The translations under genes were made by a program, and so were the position numbers. Below are positions 38,687 to 48,787 of a stretch of 64,000 nucleotides of DNA, piece after piece; positions within the stretch are counted from its first letter, which is position 1; each line of letters begins with the position of its first letter. Origin of the DNA: a virus; the IMG/VR virus record IMGVR_UViG_3300037010_003037, positions 83,698-147,697 of that record, one strand, 5' to 3'. The notes beneath the pieces were generated by a model that saw only the letters and a list, made by a program, of their open reading frames with translations, was not told the origin of the DNA and did not search any database.

Positions 38687-41600
38687 TTACTTGATTTGTC
38701 TTAGAACGGATGGAGTAAGTGCATCAACTATTTCGATGTCATTAATAGTTGCTGCTGATTGAAGAATTTCATCAAATCCTGACTCGATCGTAAACAATGA
38801 ACCAAATGAGTTCACTGAATACATTGGAACTAGAACAACAGAGGAAATTTGAGAGGTTAAGCGCTGGTGAATTAAAGAGATTAGTTCAGTAGCGTAGAAT
38901 GTATCTCCAAAATCCCATCCTTGAATGTCAAAGAACTTATCTATAACAGCTATGATCTCTTGTTTGATGCGCTCATCAGAGAACGTAGCTGTTGGTGACT
39001 TAACAACCCTAAACTTAGCGCGGAACCTCTGATCTGCTTTTTCACCAAACAATAACTTTATTTTCCCAGGATGCAAAACAACAGTGTCAGACAACATCTT
39101 GTTCTTCAACAAATAACCATATGCTGTTCTTAGTTCTAGAGGTGTTGGAGGTATAGGCTCAATAGAGCTAAACCCCTTTATGTAATCCCTCATGCTTATA
39201 TAGTACCCACGAGTTAACAAAAATGCATCATGTATATTAGTAACTGATGGGTCAATAAGGTTAGTGACAGGAGAGAAGTGCTGCCACATAAAATCAAGAC
39301 CTTTAATCAAGTTGCATCCATCTATTCCATTATCTCCTGTTGGAGATACTGGTGCTGGTACCATTCTTCTTCTAACAATAGTTACATTTACGGCTGATGG
39401 AGAGATAAGTTTACCAACGTAGTTTCCATATTCAAATGCGTAAAAAACTCCACTACCAGCAGGGAACTCGATTCCCATTCTGTCATACACTGTTGTGTCA
39501 TAATCAGGGATATCATATCCATCTATCAGCGTATATCTATAATTTGGATCTTGTTCATCACATGCCAGCCAACGAATTGTGGTACCATCTGCAGAAACAA
39601 TTCCGTATTGATAAGAATCTTTTGAGAACGCTTCAAATTGTAAAATATTATCTGGAGTAGCATCTCCAGAACGAATGAAGTTTATTGTATCTGTTGGTGC
39701 AACTTCTAATTGATTGAAATTTATAACTCCATCTGAGTTATATACAAAACCTAGTGCATCATAAATGTGCGCGCTTACAAGTGGTTTACCAAATTCATCT
39801 AAATTTGAACGTAGAATTCTGATTTTGTCAACAACTGGTTTTTTAGTTTCAGAATCCAAAATCTGATCATTTTGATTGTACCAGAACTTTGTTGTGTTGC
39901 TTTGAACTATAGTCTTAGTATTTCTGTTAAAAATCTTCCATGATGTTGTTGTCCCACCATTATCTTCACGAACAATCATGAAGATCCATGATTGGGCTTT
40001 TATCGCTTGGTTAAAAGTCATCTGTTGTGCAAGATCTGGGCCATTCTCATCAAGTCCTGCCCCTCCAATGTATGGTTTAAGGTTAATCATCTCAGCATCC
40101 GCAGGAACTGATGGATTAGCTCTCATAACTGCATCAGGAATTATTTCCCACCAACCTGTAAAGTTTACTTTATATTTGAGACCATGAATTTTTCGAACAG
40201 TTGCTGTGAAATCACCACTCGAAGGATAAGACTGTTTTTGAATATCAATAACAAAGCCATCTCCCGTTTGGAATGGAGAATTTACATCATTAGTAATAGA
40301 GAAATCTACTGGAAGATTATGACCATGTTGATCAGACCACCGAGCTCCATTTCCAATAACATAATTAGGTAATCTTCCACGTAGATTTGAAATAACGGTA
40401 AAGGTGACACCATCAGAAGTCATCTCGATGGTTATTACTTCTTTCTTATGCGCGAACTGGTCAAGCCCGTTCGCCTTTGGAGCACCTGCACTACCGTCAC
40501 CATATCCCCATATGCTTTGTGAAGGATCAGTTGGTGGCAGATTGTTGTCAAAGCTGTGGAGTCTAATATCACCACCACCAAAACAGCGAATAAATGGGTT
40601 AAAGCGCAAGCCAAAGATCTTTTGTGGTGGAACTTGCTGAAGACCAGAACCCACATCGCCAGGAGGATAGGTGTTTACACCATCAATAGTTCTTGGTAGA
40701 TCTGGCTGGTAAATTTTTCCATCATCTTCAGGATAAAGTATTGGATCCTTAATGATACCATGGCGAACGCCATTAATTATAGCGTACTGCTGAACATCAC
40801 CATACCAGTGCTGGTCAAGTGCTCCTTGAATAGCTGTTTTCTCGTTTAAAGAACCATCACCACCGTTTATTAATGTAGATTGAACCCACGCATCATAAAG
40901 CTCACCATATGGTGCGACAACAGTATCATCAAGACGATAGTATCTTGTCTGGTTATCTTCTACAAAAACTCTGCGTGGGTATGAAATAATGCCATCGGCA
41001 TCTGGTGATGTTGCAATAGCGTGTACAATGCTATTAAACACACCAGGACTTTGAAGCAAAGGCTCAATGAAAGAGTCTATTATGGTTCTGGCTGATAAGC
41101 GCGTTTCAACCATATCAACTGATATATCAGAAAACATTATAAGATCATCACCAAATAACTTAACGTTCTCATAATGACGTGATGCGTCATTCCATTCAAT
41201 ATATTTTGGTTGACCAGCAAATGTTCTGTTGATCGTTTTAAGACGTAAGATTGTTGGGTCCTTCAACATGAAGGTGTTATAATCTTGGCCATTTACCATT
41301 CTGTTCTGCGCGTAGTACGTAGAAGGTGCGGCCTGTCTTATTTGCTCAGTAGTTTCAGATTGTGAGTTGTTTTGAATTGCTGCAGTTAGAGAGAACGTAA
41401 TGTTACACGTGTGCGTATTGTTTTGCTGGTTAGTGTAGACAAAGCTCATTGGCTGACCAGCGATTCTATTCTTTGGAATAAAGATGTTTTGGTTAGTGGA
41501 CACTCTAGTCCAGATTTGGAATTTTCCGACTGGAGCATCGCTAAAGTTTCCATCACCAAATAACAACGCGATTCGATCGTTTTCTAACGTTTCAACCTCA

Positions 41601-42568
41601 AATTTTTTACGGCCACTTTGATCATTGAACTGAAGGTTTTGTTCACTTAGTGTCTCAACTTCATGCCACACTTCAGTAATGACATCATCATCATTTACTC
41701 TGTAAACCCATACGTCAGTGTTGTTTATATTGATAGCTTCAAGCTCAAGACGCCGGTTTGCTGTTGGTTCAAGAATAGTGTAATCTGTTCTTATAAGAGT
41801 ACCTTGCTTCACAAACATCATGAAGCCAGTAAAGTCGGATCCATCACCCTTTCCATCATTAGCATAAACTATGTTGAACTGTGCGTTCAAATCTGGGGAA
41901 CGTTCAAATGGACCATTTTCGTCTATGTCAATAGGTACAGCTTCCATTTGAAACTGTTCATTGGCACCTGATGCAATAAATGAGTAGACGCCGTTTCTAA
42001 ACGAGTTAGTATGATTATTAAATGTGTAGAGCTGCATCGACACATCACCAATTTGTACAGCCTTAATTGGCTGCCCAAAGTGTGTGGTTAAAACCTTGTT
42101 AATTACTAAAAAGAACTGTTCTTTCCAATTAGTATTGTTTGGATCATTCCACGTGATAGTAACATTTGAAAGGTTGTTGCCTAGAGAGTCAAATACCGTT
42201 TCAGATGTACTGATAGAGTTAATTTTTACTAACCCGCGAGCAGGAATATTTCTAGAAGCTTTATATGAAATCAACCGGGCTAGACGAAGAATTGATTGCT
42301 TGCGCTGAGCAGTTGTGATAAAGTTTTCATGCGCCATCGTGTCAACACGGTACGCAAGCTGTTCAGCTACGTATGCAAAAAGTTCAAGGATAGCAATAAG
42401 CTCTGATGACTCAATAAAGTCATTAAAGTGTTCAGCATGATAGATTTTAAGATACTGTATTAGGGATTCTTTAACAGTATCATAATCGTATGCCGTGAAG
42501 TTTATTTGTTGAAAGGCGTTATAAACCTTGTCCCAAGCTTCAGCTGCGTATGTTGTTCGAAAGGTCAT
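38687..42568 (-). CDS. gp6: Baseplate wedge protein gp6-like
   Basis: YDYDTVKESL, ENFITTAQRKQS, LLFGDG, QNRMVNGQDY; follows gp25. Confidence 0.88.
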   Translation of the reverse strand: MTFRTTYAAEAWDKVYNAFQQINFTAYDYDTVKESLIQYLKIYHAEHFNDFIESSELIAILELFAYVAEQLAYRVDTMAHENFITTAQRKQSILRLARLISYKASRNIPARGLVKINSISTSETVFDSLGNNLSNVTITWNDPNNTNWKEQFFLVINKVLTTHFGQPIKAVQIGDVSMQLYTFNNHTNSFRNGVYSFIASGANEQFQMEAVPIDIDENGPFERSPDLNAQFNIVYANDGKGDGSDFTGFMMFVKQGTLIRTDYTILEPTANRRLELEAININNTDVWVYRVNDDDVITEVWHEVETLSEQNLQFNDQSGRKKFEVETLENDRIALLFGDGNFSDAPVGKFQIWTRVSTNQNIFIPKNRIAGQPMSFVYTNQQNNTHTCNITFSLTAAIQNNSQSETTEQIRQAAPSTYYAQNRMVNGQDYNTFMLKDPTILRLKTINRTFAGQPKYIEWNDASRHYENVKLFGDDLIMFSDISVDMVETRLSARTIIDSFIEPLLQSPGVFNSIVHAIATSPDADGIISYPRRVFVEDNQTRYYRLDDTVVAPYGELYDAWVQSTLINGGDGSLNEKTAIQGALDQHWYGDVQQYAIINGVRHGIIKDPILYPEDDGKIYQPDLPRTIDGVNTYPPGDVGSGLQQVPPQKIFGLRFNPFIRCFGGGDIRLHSFDNNLPPTDPSQSIWGYGDGSAGAPKANGLDQFAHKKEVITIEMTSDGVTFTVISNLRGRLPNYVIGNGARWSDQHGHNLPVDFSITNDVNSPFQTGDGFVIDIQKQSYPSSGDFTATVRKIHGLKYKVNFTGWWEIIPDAVMRANPSVPADAEMINLKPYIGGAGLDENGPDLAQQMTFNQAIKAQSWIFMIVREDNGGTTTSWKIFNRNTKTIVQSNTTKFWYNQNDQILDSETKKPVVDKIRILRSNLDEFGKPLVSAHIYDALGFVYNSDGVINFNQLEVAPTDTINFIRSGDATPDNILQFEAFSKDSYQYGIVSADGTTIRWLACDEQDPNYRYTLIDGYDIPDYDTTVYDRMGIEFPAGSGVFYAFEYGNYVGKLISPSAVNVTIVRRRMVPAPVSPTGDNGIDGCNLIKGLDFMWQHFSPVTNLIDPSVTNIHDAFLLTRGYYISMRDYIKGFSSIEPIPPTPLELRTAYGYLLKNKMLSDTVVLHPGKIKLLFGEKADQRFRAKFRVVKSPTATFSDERIKQEIIAVIDKFFDIQGWDFGDTFYATELISLIHQRLTSQISSVVLVPMYSVNSFGSLFTIESGFDEILQSAATINDIEIVDALTPSVLRQIK

Positions 42569-42573
42569 GATGT

Positions 42574-42945
42574 TTACTGTGTTGGTACTTCAATTCTAAG
42601 AACGTCTCTTACATTGAATTCAATGTAAAGCAAATCTGCAAGAGCAATAATAGCATTGTTATCAGGCAAGGATGCAACACTTAGTTTTATGAGATTTACT
42701 CTAGGATCATAGTTAAAGACTTCTGTTAAGTCATCTTCAACTATTTTTCTGCTACGCTCATCATTTGGTTCAAAAACAAGTGTTGGAATACGTGTACCAA
42801 AGCCTGGCATCATCACGCGCTCACCTTTTTCAGTAAAAATGTGATTTAAAAGGTCACGTTTTACGAGCTCAATGTTCTTAAGCCCAAACGTTCGTCTATT
42901 TTTCCAATCTGCTGTTGAAAAACCTTTGTAAATTGCGCGTGACAT
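42574..42945 (-). CDS. gp25: Baseplate wedge/sheath initiator gp25-like
   Basis: LLNHIFTEKGERVMMPGFG and YDPRV; late box AATAAATA at 42970-42977 (-). Confidence 0.92.
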   Translation of the reverse strand: MSRAIYKGFSTADWKNRRTFGLKNIELVKRDLLNHIFTEKGERVMMPGFGTRIPTLVFEPNDERSRKIVEDDLTEVFNYDPRVNLIKLSVASLPDNNAIIALADLLYIEFNVRDVLRIEVPTQ

Positions 42946-42999
42946 GTGCTTACCTCTTGTTTATCAAAGTATTTATTTGCACAACAGATAGTTCAAAAA

Positions 43000-44250
43000 T
43001 TACGGTTTCCAGTTTGGTCCCCTTGGATTTGGTGATGGTGGTCTGTCCCATGGTTCATGACCTGGTACAATCGACGGTGAGTCTGCTATTAACGCGCAAA
43101 CTTGATTATCATTAATCGATGATCCACCGCCAGTGCCCGAACCACCATTTAAGTAAATTACCTCAGCTGACTCGGTGATATGAGATCCACCAATTAGATC
43201 CATTCCTGTATTTGCTTTGATATTAACACTAAGCTCACTAGACATAAAAATATCTTGACAAGCTGATAGAATGAACTTTTCTTTAGTATTCACGTACATT
43301 GACTTACCGGTGCTCATTTTAATGTTGTCTTCATTCGCCTTTACATTAAATGCTTTATCAGCTTCAATGTTGATGTTTCTGTCAGCATAAAAATTAATGT
43401 CCTCTCCAGCACGAAAGCTTATGGACAGAGCTGAGAACACGTGAATATGTCCATCTAAATCCATTTCAATCCAAGATTTTCCTTTTGCGGTGCTTATATA
43501 AATTCGCTCGTTCGCATCATCAAAAATCATCTGATGACCTTCTGCGGTTTTAACACGCAGCCGGGCAAATTTTGGATGATCTTGCATAATGATTGCATGC
43601 CGACCAGGAGTTACCCAGCAATAAGTTTGTGGATCAAGATATCTAGGATTTTTAGCTCCTGCTGGATACCCTTCTGCACCATCTTTATCTGTCTTAGCTT
43701 GCGCTACTTGCCGTTCATAAGCTCCACGAGTAATTGCCTGAGAAGCATTAAGCTTATCCTGGAACTGTTGTCGTAAATTATCAAATGCTGGCTGAATTGG
43801 TTCGAGCTTACCAGTTCCATCACCTGCATCACCCCATGGCCCAGGCATTCCATCTTTATCAAAGTTTCTTCCTGCAGGTAACGATCTATTTCTGTGAAGT
43901 CGAAGAGATGATGCGAAGTAACATCTTTGATTAGGGTTAGCATTCAAAAAGAACACATATACAGTCGCACCAATCTTTGGAATCGCCCAAAAACCATATG
44001 CCGCATGGGATGTATTTTCAACTGGTATACCACCTGCTGGGTATTCAACAGTAAAACCAAAGAATGGTGATGCGTACTCTGCCCATGGAATTGCATCTAT
44101 GTCAATGTTTTCGCCATCAAGTGCTGGAATCCAAACCTTCACGCGACCCATCTGATCTGGATCTTCAGTGAAGATTACTTGTCCTTCCATGATGAACGGA
44201 ATTCCATCATGAAAAAATTCTGAAGATTGCTGAAATTGTTTATAAATCAT
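43000..44250 (-). CDS. gp5: Baseplate central spike gp5-like (OB fold + beta-helix, no lysozyme domain)
   Basis: DPDQMGRVKVWIP, PWA, P.IGA.V.V.F, KTAEGHQMIFDD. Confidence 0.82.
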   Translation of the reverse strand: MIYKQFQQSSEFFHDGIPFIMEGQVIFTEDPDQMGRVKVWIPALDGENIDIDAIPWAEYASPFFGFTVEYPAGGIPVENTSHAAYGFWAIPKIGATVYVFFLNANPNQRCYFASSLRLHRNRSLPAGRNFDKDGMPGPWGDAGDGTGKLEPIQPAFDNLRQQFQDKLNASQAITRGAYERQVAQAKTDKDGAEGYPAGAKNPRYLDPQTYCWVTPGRHAIIMQDHPKFARLRVKTAEGHQMIFDDANERIYISTAKGKSWIEMDLDGHIHVFSALSISFRAGEDINFYADRNINIEADKAFNVKANEDNIKMSTGKSMYVNTKEKFILSACQDIFMSSELSVNIKANTGMDLIGGSHITESAEVIYLNGGSGTGGGSSINDNQVCALIADSPSIVPGHEPWDRPPSPNPRGPNWKP

Positions 44251-44256
44251 GTTCTT

Positions 44257-46428
44257 TTACACTGTCCGACGTAGTTGACTATTGTCATTATCTCTTGATT
44301 CAGAGAATGATCCGGTAACATCAAACGGTATCAAGTTAAGTGATTGGTAAAATTCACCCTCAGCAAAATGATGTTTGATAAAAATTATCATGTATAATCC
44401 TTTGAAGAAGAATTCATCGGTGAACATTAATTCACCTTTTTTGTACTGACCAGTAAAATCTACGTTTGGCGCCAAAATGTTTATCTTAATAAAAATCGGA
44501 GATGTTGCAACATCAGCACCATTCAATAGCGTGTCATCTTGTGGATTTGATGGAGCTATTAGTTTTTGAAGACGCGGACCATAATATTCAGAATAATATT
44601 GCGCTTTAGCTGATGATAGTCTACCTGCTATGTAATTCAAATAGTTGCTTTCAGCCTCTGTTTGAGTCTGCCTATAGAATTTTTCAAGCGTTGGGGTGTC
44701 AATGATTTCTCCATGTGGTGCAATACCACCACGCTCTTCCCTGCCAGCGTATTTTTCCAAAATATTTGGATTACCACGAATAATCATATCTAGGTTTAAA
44801 GAGCTAATGAAGTGCATGTACGCGAGAGTGCGTGTATATTCCTGCTTAGCTTTAAACACAGCAACTGCATCTTCACGCTTTATATCTTCTGTACTTTGTG
44901 AATTGTTGTTTTGAATTTGATCTTTTGTTTGAATAGGTGGAAAAATTGGATCATTAGGGCGAAGAATAGGGGCAAAGTCTTTAGATGTCGGTCTACCTTT
45001 AGCTACTTTCTTTACGTCATCTACTGTATTGCCTTGAGAAGCATTAGTAGCAAATCTGTTGCCACCAATATCAACTTCAGTATCTAGCGCTATTGCGCTT
45101 TCTGGCAAATATTGAATCCTCAAGTCTTTAATATGGCTGTTAAATCCAGTAAAAATGTAATCATATGTAATGACGTTTTTAACACCATGAAGGTTTCTTA
45201 AGGCAGATGGATTTTTATTTGTAGATGTTTGATCTTTTGAAATAGGCTTAGGAATTTTAACGGGATAGATATCAATGTGAATAAGGTATGTATTGTGATT
45301 AGTAGTAATATTAGTTACTGTTTTAAACGTATAACCATTTCCAGATTTGATTGCTTCTTGACTTGCAAGTTTTAAGAATTGAGGAGAGCTTTCAAGAATT
45401 TTCTTGATAGCATCTGTGATCGTAGTCGTGTTAGAAAATGATAGTTCATAGTAGCGGTCTGACTTTTGCTGCTTTTCTTCTTCAGAATAAGGGTTTTTTG
45501 TTTTTTCTTGCTCGACCTGTGCATTTGCTTTAGCGATAAACATCTGCTCTTCTCGTTTAGATGGAAGAGCTGTTGTTACTTTAAAATCATTTGCCCAGTT
45601 GAATGGGTGTTTGTCTGGTAAAGTAATCATGTATTGGACCAGCTTACCAAACTTTACATCATTAGTGTTTGTATTTCCATCAGTACTGCTTGCATTAAAT
45701 GCATCATTAGTGTATTTTTGAAAATATTGAAGTGACTGAATGTTAAGTCTTTTCTCTAAATTCAAAATCATTTGACCAACAGTTGGCGGTCCACCCTGAG
45801 TCGTAACAGAATTCACATTGTAAAGGCTGTTTATGTGTTCAAGTGCTTGTCCCAGTTGAGGAGCACCTTCTGATTCCATAAATTCAATATCATAGACAGA
45901 CCCACTGCTGGTAAATTCAAAAGCCATCAACAAAAGAATCAACGGAATATTTGTAATTGCGACAGTTTCAGTAGTACCATCGTCCTTATGACCAATGAAA
46001 ATAATAGACAGTAAAAAGAATGCTGATGCACGAGTTGTTTTTAGCTTATTACGAAGAGTGTCAGCAAGAAAATTAAAGAACGTTAAACCTGTTGTGTCTA
46101 TTAGCTTTACGCGCGTAGATGTTGCCGGAACGGAAGGATTTACACGATTTCCAGTACCATAGATGTGTTCCATTTCCAGCTCGATGATCGAATACTGGGA
46201 AAATCGACGAGTATCAAGCAAAAGATAAGCAGATTCACCGTCAATATCAATTTTATCACCAAGTGATGCGCTCTCAACAGCAGAAAGAACACGTGCCTTT
46301 CCATTAACCGGCTGAATCATTTTTCTAAAGGCTTCAGTCGTGTTAGCTACTGTCATTATGTAATGATATGAGTATGTTCTAAAATTATCCAGCGGGTTTG
46401 GATAATTACTTCCAAGTGGTCCTGACAT
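44257..46428 (-). CDS. Putative baseplate hub protein (gp27-like position)
   Basis: 723 aa between gp53 and gp5; IRGNP and C-terminal GLYMI..IKHHF..GEFYQ.L hub-type motifs. Confidence 0.6.
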   Translation of the reverse strand: MSGPLGSNYPNPLDNFRTYSYHYIMTVANTTEAFRKMIQPVNGKARVLSAVESASLGDKIDIDGESAYLLLDTRRFSQYSIIELEMEHIYGTGNRVNPSVPATSTRVKLIDTTGLTFFNFLADTLRNKLKTTRASAFFLLSIIFIGHKDDGTTETVAITNIPLILLLMAFEFTSSGSVYDIEFMESEGAPQLGQALEHINSLYNVNSVTTQGGPPTVGQMILNLEKRLNIQSLQYFQKYTNDAFNASSTDGNTNTNDVKFGKLVQYMITLPDKHPFNWANDFKVTTALPSKREEQMFIAKANAQVEQEKTKNPYSEEEKQQKSDRYYELSFSNTTTITDAIKKILESSPQFLKLASQEAIKSGNGYTFKTVTNITTNHNTYLIHIDIYPVKIPKPISKDQTSTNKNPSALRNLHGVKNVITYDYIFTGFNSHIKDLRIQYLPESAIALDTEVDIGGNRFATNASQGNTVDDVKKVAKGRPTSKDFAPILRPNDPIFPPIQTKDQIQNNNSQSTEDIKREDAVAVFKAKQEYTRTLAYMHFISSLNLDMIIRGNPNILEKYAGREERGGIAPHGEIIDTPTLEKFYRQTQTEAESNYLNYIAGRLSSAKAQYYSEYYGPRLQKLIAPSNPQDDTLLNGADVATSPIFIKINILAPNVDFTGQYKKGELMFTDEFFFKGLYMIIFIKHHFAEGEFYQSLNLIPFDVTGSFSESRDNDNSQLRRTV

Positions 46429-46438
46429 ATGCGTTTAC

Positions 46439-46816
46439 TTAAATTATGATTGGAGAAATTGTATTTACCGGTTGCTTCTTGCTTGGAATTCCACCCTTAC
46501 GATTATTAAGCATTAATGGTAACCTGGATTTAGATGGTATTAGAAGAATTCTTCCTGCAACTACTTCTGAAAAAGGATTTAGAATGTTGTTGTACTGAGC
46601 CAATACCCACCACCATCTTGGTTCATTGTAGAAAACTGAAGAAATCAGATCAAGTCTTCCTTCATAGAAGTTTTCTACAGTGTAAACGATGTCAGATGGA
46701 TCTTGCTCAAATAACGAGCGTTCCCACCACTCAATAAAGCCATTTGCAGTTTCAGTTTCGCCACCGCCAACGTATCGTGAATACTTATTAAAAAGGGAAT
46801 TAGAATTGTTCGACAT
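46439..46816 (-). CDS. gp53: Baseplate wedge gp53-like (LysM-type)
   Basis: YEGRLDLIS..FY....WWVLAQYNNI..P....G..L.IP. Confidence 0.8.
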   Translation of the reverse strand: MSNNSNSLFNKYSRYVGGGETETANGFIEWWERSLFEQDPSDIVYTVENFYEGRLDLISSVFYNEPRWWWVLAQYNNILNPFSEVVAGRILLIPSKSRLPLMLNNRKGGIPSKKQPVNTISPIII

Positions 46817-46849
46817 TTTTTCTTTTAAATATTAGTTAAGTTTAACTAA

Positions 46850-47947
46850 TTAAAACGTAGAAGGTGCTTCAGGATTAAAGCTTTCAGATGGAATGTTAAT
46901 ATCATTATTTTCTTCTACATTAATATTTGCTGGTTGTGAAGTATCTAGAGAACTTGGATTTGTTTCTGACATAACTGAAGTCTGCGGTTTTTTATCTTGT
47001 CCAGTACGATTTATCGCGCTAAATGCTAATGGCATATTTCCAAACTGATAATCACGAATGCTAAAGCCACTATATTCGGCTGGCGACCATGCTTCTTTTA
47101 AGTTAACTGTAACATTAAGAACTACTGGAAATGGTCTATTTTCACCAGTATCAGCATCAGTTGCTGGAAGATAATCTACATCATTTGGCCATGAAATACT
47201 ATAACTTTCAAGCACGCACTTCACTGGGCCTATCATGTTCTTTCCATACGCTGTAAGCGTAAGAATTGGTGGTGGTGCGCCAAGAAGATATGGGTCAGTT
47301 CTTTTTGTCCCCTCACCATAATATGGCATTACCCACGTTCTGATAGTATTTACCATCATAAGGTTTTTTGTTGCTTCTTCTACATTACGAGAAATCAGCC
47401 TGCCATTAACAGTCCATGATCTTGAAGACGTTGACTTGTACTTTAGAATTTCACCAGGATGATGAAGAGGTGAAAATGGGTCATATTGAGCTGAACGGCC
47501 TTCATCAATCGTTGGCATTACGTCAAACACCACATCCATGAAGCCAAAAGGTTCCTGGGTGATGGTAACCTTCATTTCGCTCATTGGTGGTGTTTTTTTA
47601 CTATTAAGGAAATTTGCTGGTGGATGAGGAGGGTCTTTTTGACCAACTTTTCCAAGCAACCTGTTTGTAGAAGCCTCTTTAATCGCTATCTGATTATTTT
47701 CATAAACCATTTTCACTTGTTGAGTAATACTATTGAAATTTTTAGCATTACCCTGGTTTACTACTTTATCAATAGCTTCCCCAGCTTTTTGTGCTGAAGA
47801 CGGAATTCCATAATTTGAAGTTATTAGTGATGGAGCACTTTCGGTTTGAGAAATAACCTCACCTACAGTTTGCGAAGCATCATTTATTCCTTGTTGAACT
47901 GGAACATTTAATGCTTGTTTTATGGTATCAGCAATATTGAATGGCAT
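46850..47947 (-). CDS. Tail tube initiator-like protein (gp48/gp54 type)
   Basis: GAPPPILTL..YG, CVLESYSISWP.DVDY, P....V.V.L.E. Confidence 0.6.
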   Translation of the reverse strand: MPFNIADTIKQALNVPVQQGINDASQTVGEVISQTESAPSLITSNYGIPSSAQKAGEAIDKVVNQGNAKNFNSITQQVKMVYENNQIAIKEASTNRLLGKVGQKDPPHPPANFLNSKKTPPMSEMKVTITQEPFGFMDVVFDVMPTIDEGRSAQYDPFSPLHHPGEILKYKSTSSRSWTVNGRLISRNVEEATKNLMMVNTIRTWVMPYYGEGTKRTDPYLLGAPPPILTLTAYGKNMIGPVKCVLESYSISWPNDVDYLPATDADTGENRPFPVVLNVTVNLKEAWSPAEYSGFSIRDYQFGNMPLAFSAINRTGQDKKPQTSVMSETNPSSLDTSQPANINVEENNDINIPSESFNPEAPSTF

Positions 47948-47949
47948 GA

Positions 47950-48651
47950 TTATTCACTTAATGATATTTTAATCTTTTCAAACATTCTTTTAGCCAGGGT
48001 CGGGTTATGCTCTAAACCAACAATTTTAGCAAATTCTTCTTCAAATCCAAGCTCAACAGCCCGTCTAGCAAGAGAACCAGATACAAGATCTGTGTCAATA
48101 TCACCATTGCTTTTTAATGCGTTTAGCGCTTTATCCATAGCTGATTGTTTAACATCTTTAGCTGTTTCAATTGCTTTAGCATCTCTGTCAAGAAGAATCT
48201 TGTAATGATGAATTGGTTTACCGTCAGGATAAGTAAAATGCTTGTCTAAGATCCGCGCATAGTCATCAATTCTATCTGTTCCAGCAGCAATTGCAATTGG
48301 TTCCATTCCTTTGTCTCTTAGCATTGCTAGCGCGTTAAACGCGTTAGTAGCTGTCATAAAATTTACCCCATTTGCGTGACCAGAAGATTTCATAAATAGT
48401 ATACGATCTTCTACTGATAATGGGTTTCTTTTTTTATCAGAATCAGATTTACTTCCACCAATTACAACCACAACAGGATTTGCATCAAGGCCTAGTTTTT
48501 TATGGGTTCTGATAAATTTCTTTACCTTATCAATAACTGCATAATGACCTCGGGTTGGTGGGTTGAATCGTCCTATGATGACAGCAACCTTTTTTGAACC
48601 CATAGGTGGCAAATTTTCAAAAAGTTGTGTAAGTTGCAATTGTTCGTCCAT
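47950..48651 (-). CDS. Cytidylyltransferase-like (HxGH superfamily) nucleotidyltransferase
   Basis: IGRFNPPTRGH, RNPLS, AGTDR, VSGSLAR; late box CATAAATA at 48681-48688 (-). Confidence 0.85.
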   Translation of the reverse strand: MDEQLQLTQLFENLPPMGSKKVAVIIGRFNPPTRGHYAVIDKVKKFIRTHKKLGLDANPVVVVIGGSKSDSDKKRNPLSVEDRILFMKSSGHANGVNFMTATNAFNALAMLRDKGMEPIAIAAGTDRIDDYARILDKHFTYPDGKPIHHYKILLDRDAKAIETAKDVKQSAMDKALNALKSNGDIDTDLVSGSLARRAVELGFEEEFAKIVGLEHNPTLAKRMFEKIKISLSE

Positions 48652-48716
48652 GTCTTTATCCTAAAACAGATTGACATAAGTATTTATGGTCTAAACAAAT
48701 CATTCAAAAACATGAA

Positions 48717-48746
48717 GTTTACATAAAGGGAATAACATGGTATAAT
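48717..48746 (+). promoter_or_regulatory. T4-early-type promoter for the gp55-47-46 operon
   Basis: GTTTACA-17 nt-TATAAT with an extended -10 TG. Confidence 0.8.
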
Positions 48747-48787
48747 GAAATTATTCTCCTTGTGTAACACTATAGGAGAACTTTACT

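Noticed and set aside
25987-46737. Many short + strand ORFs inside the tail module
   Set aside because: They lie antisense to long, motif-bearing structural genes and show no recognisable motifs.
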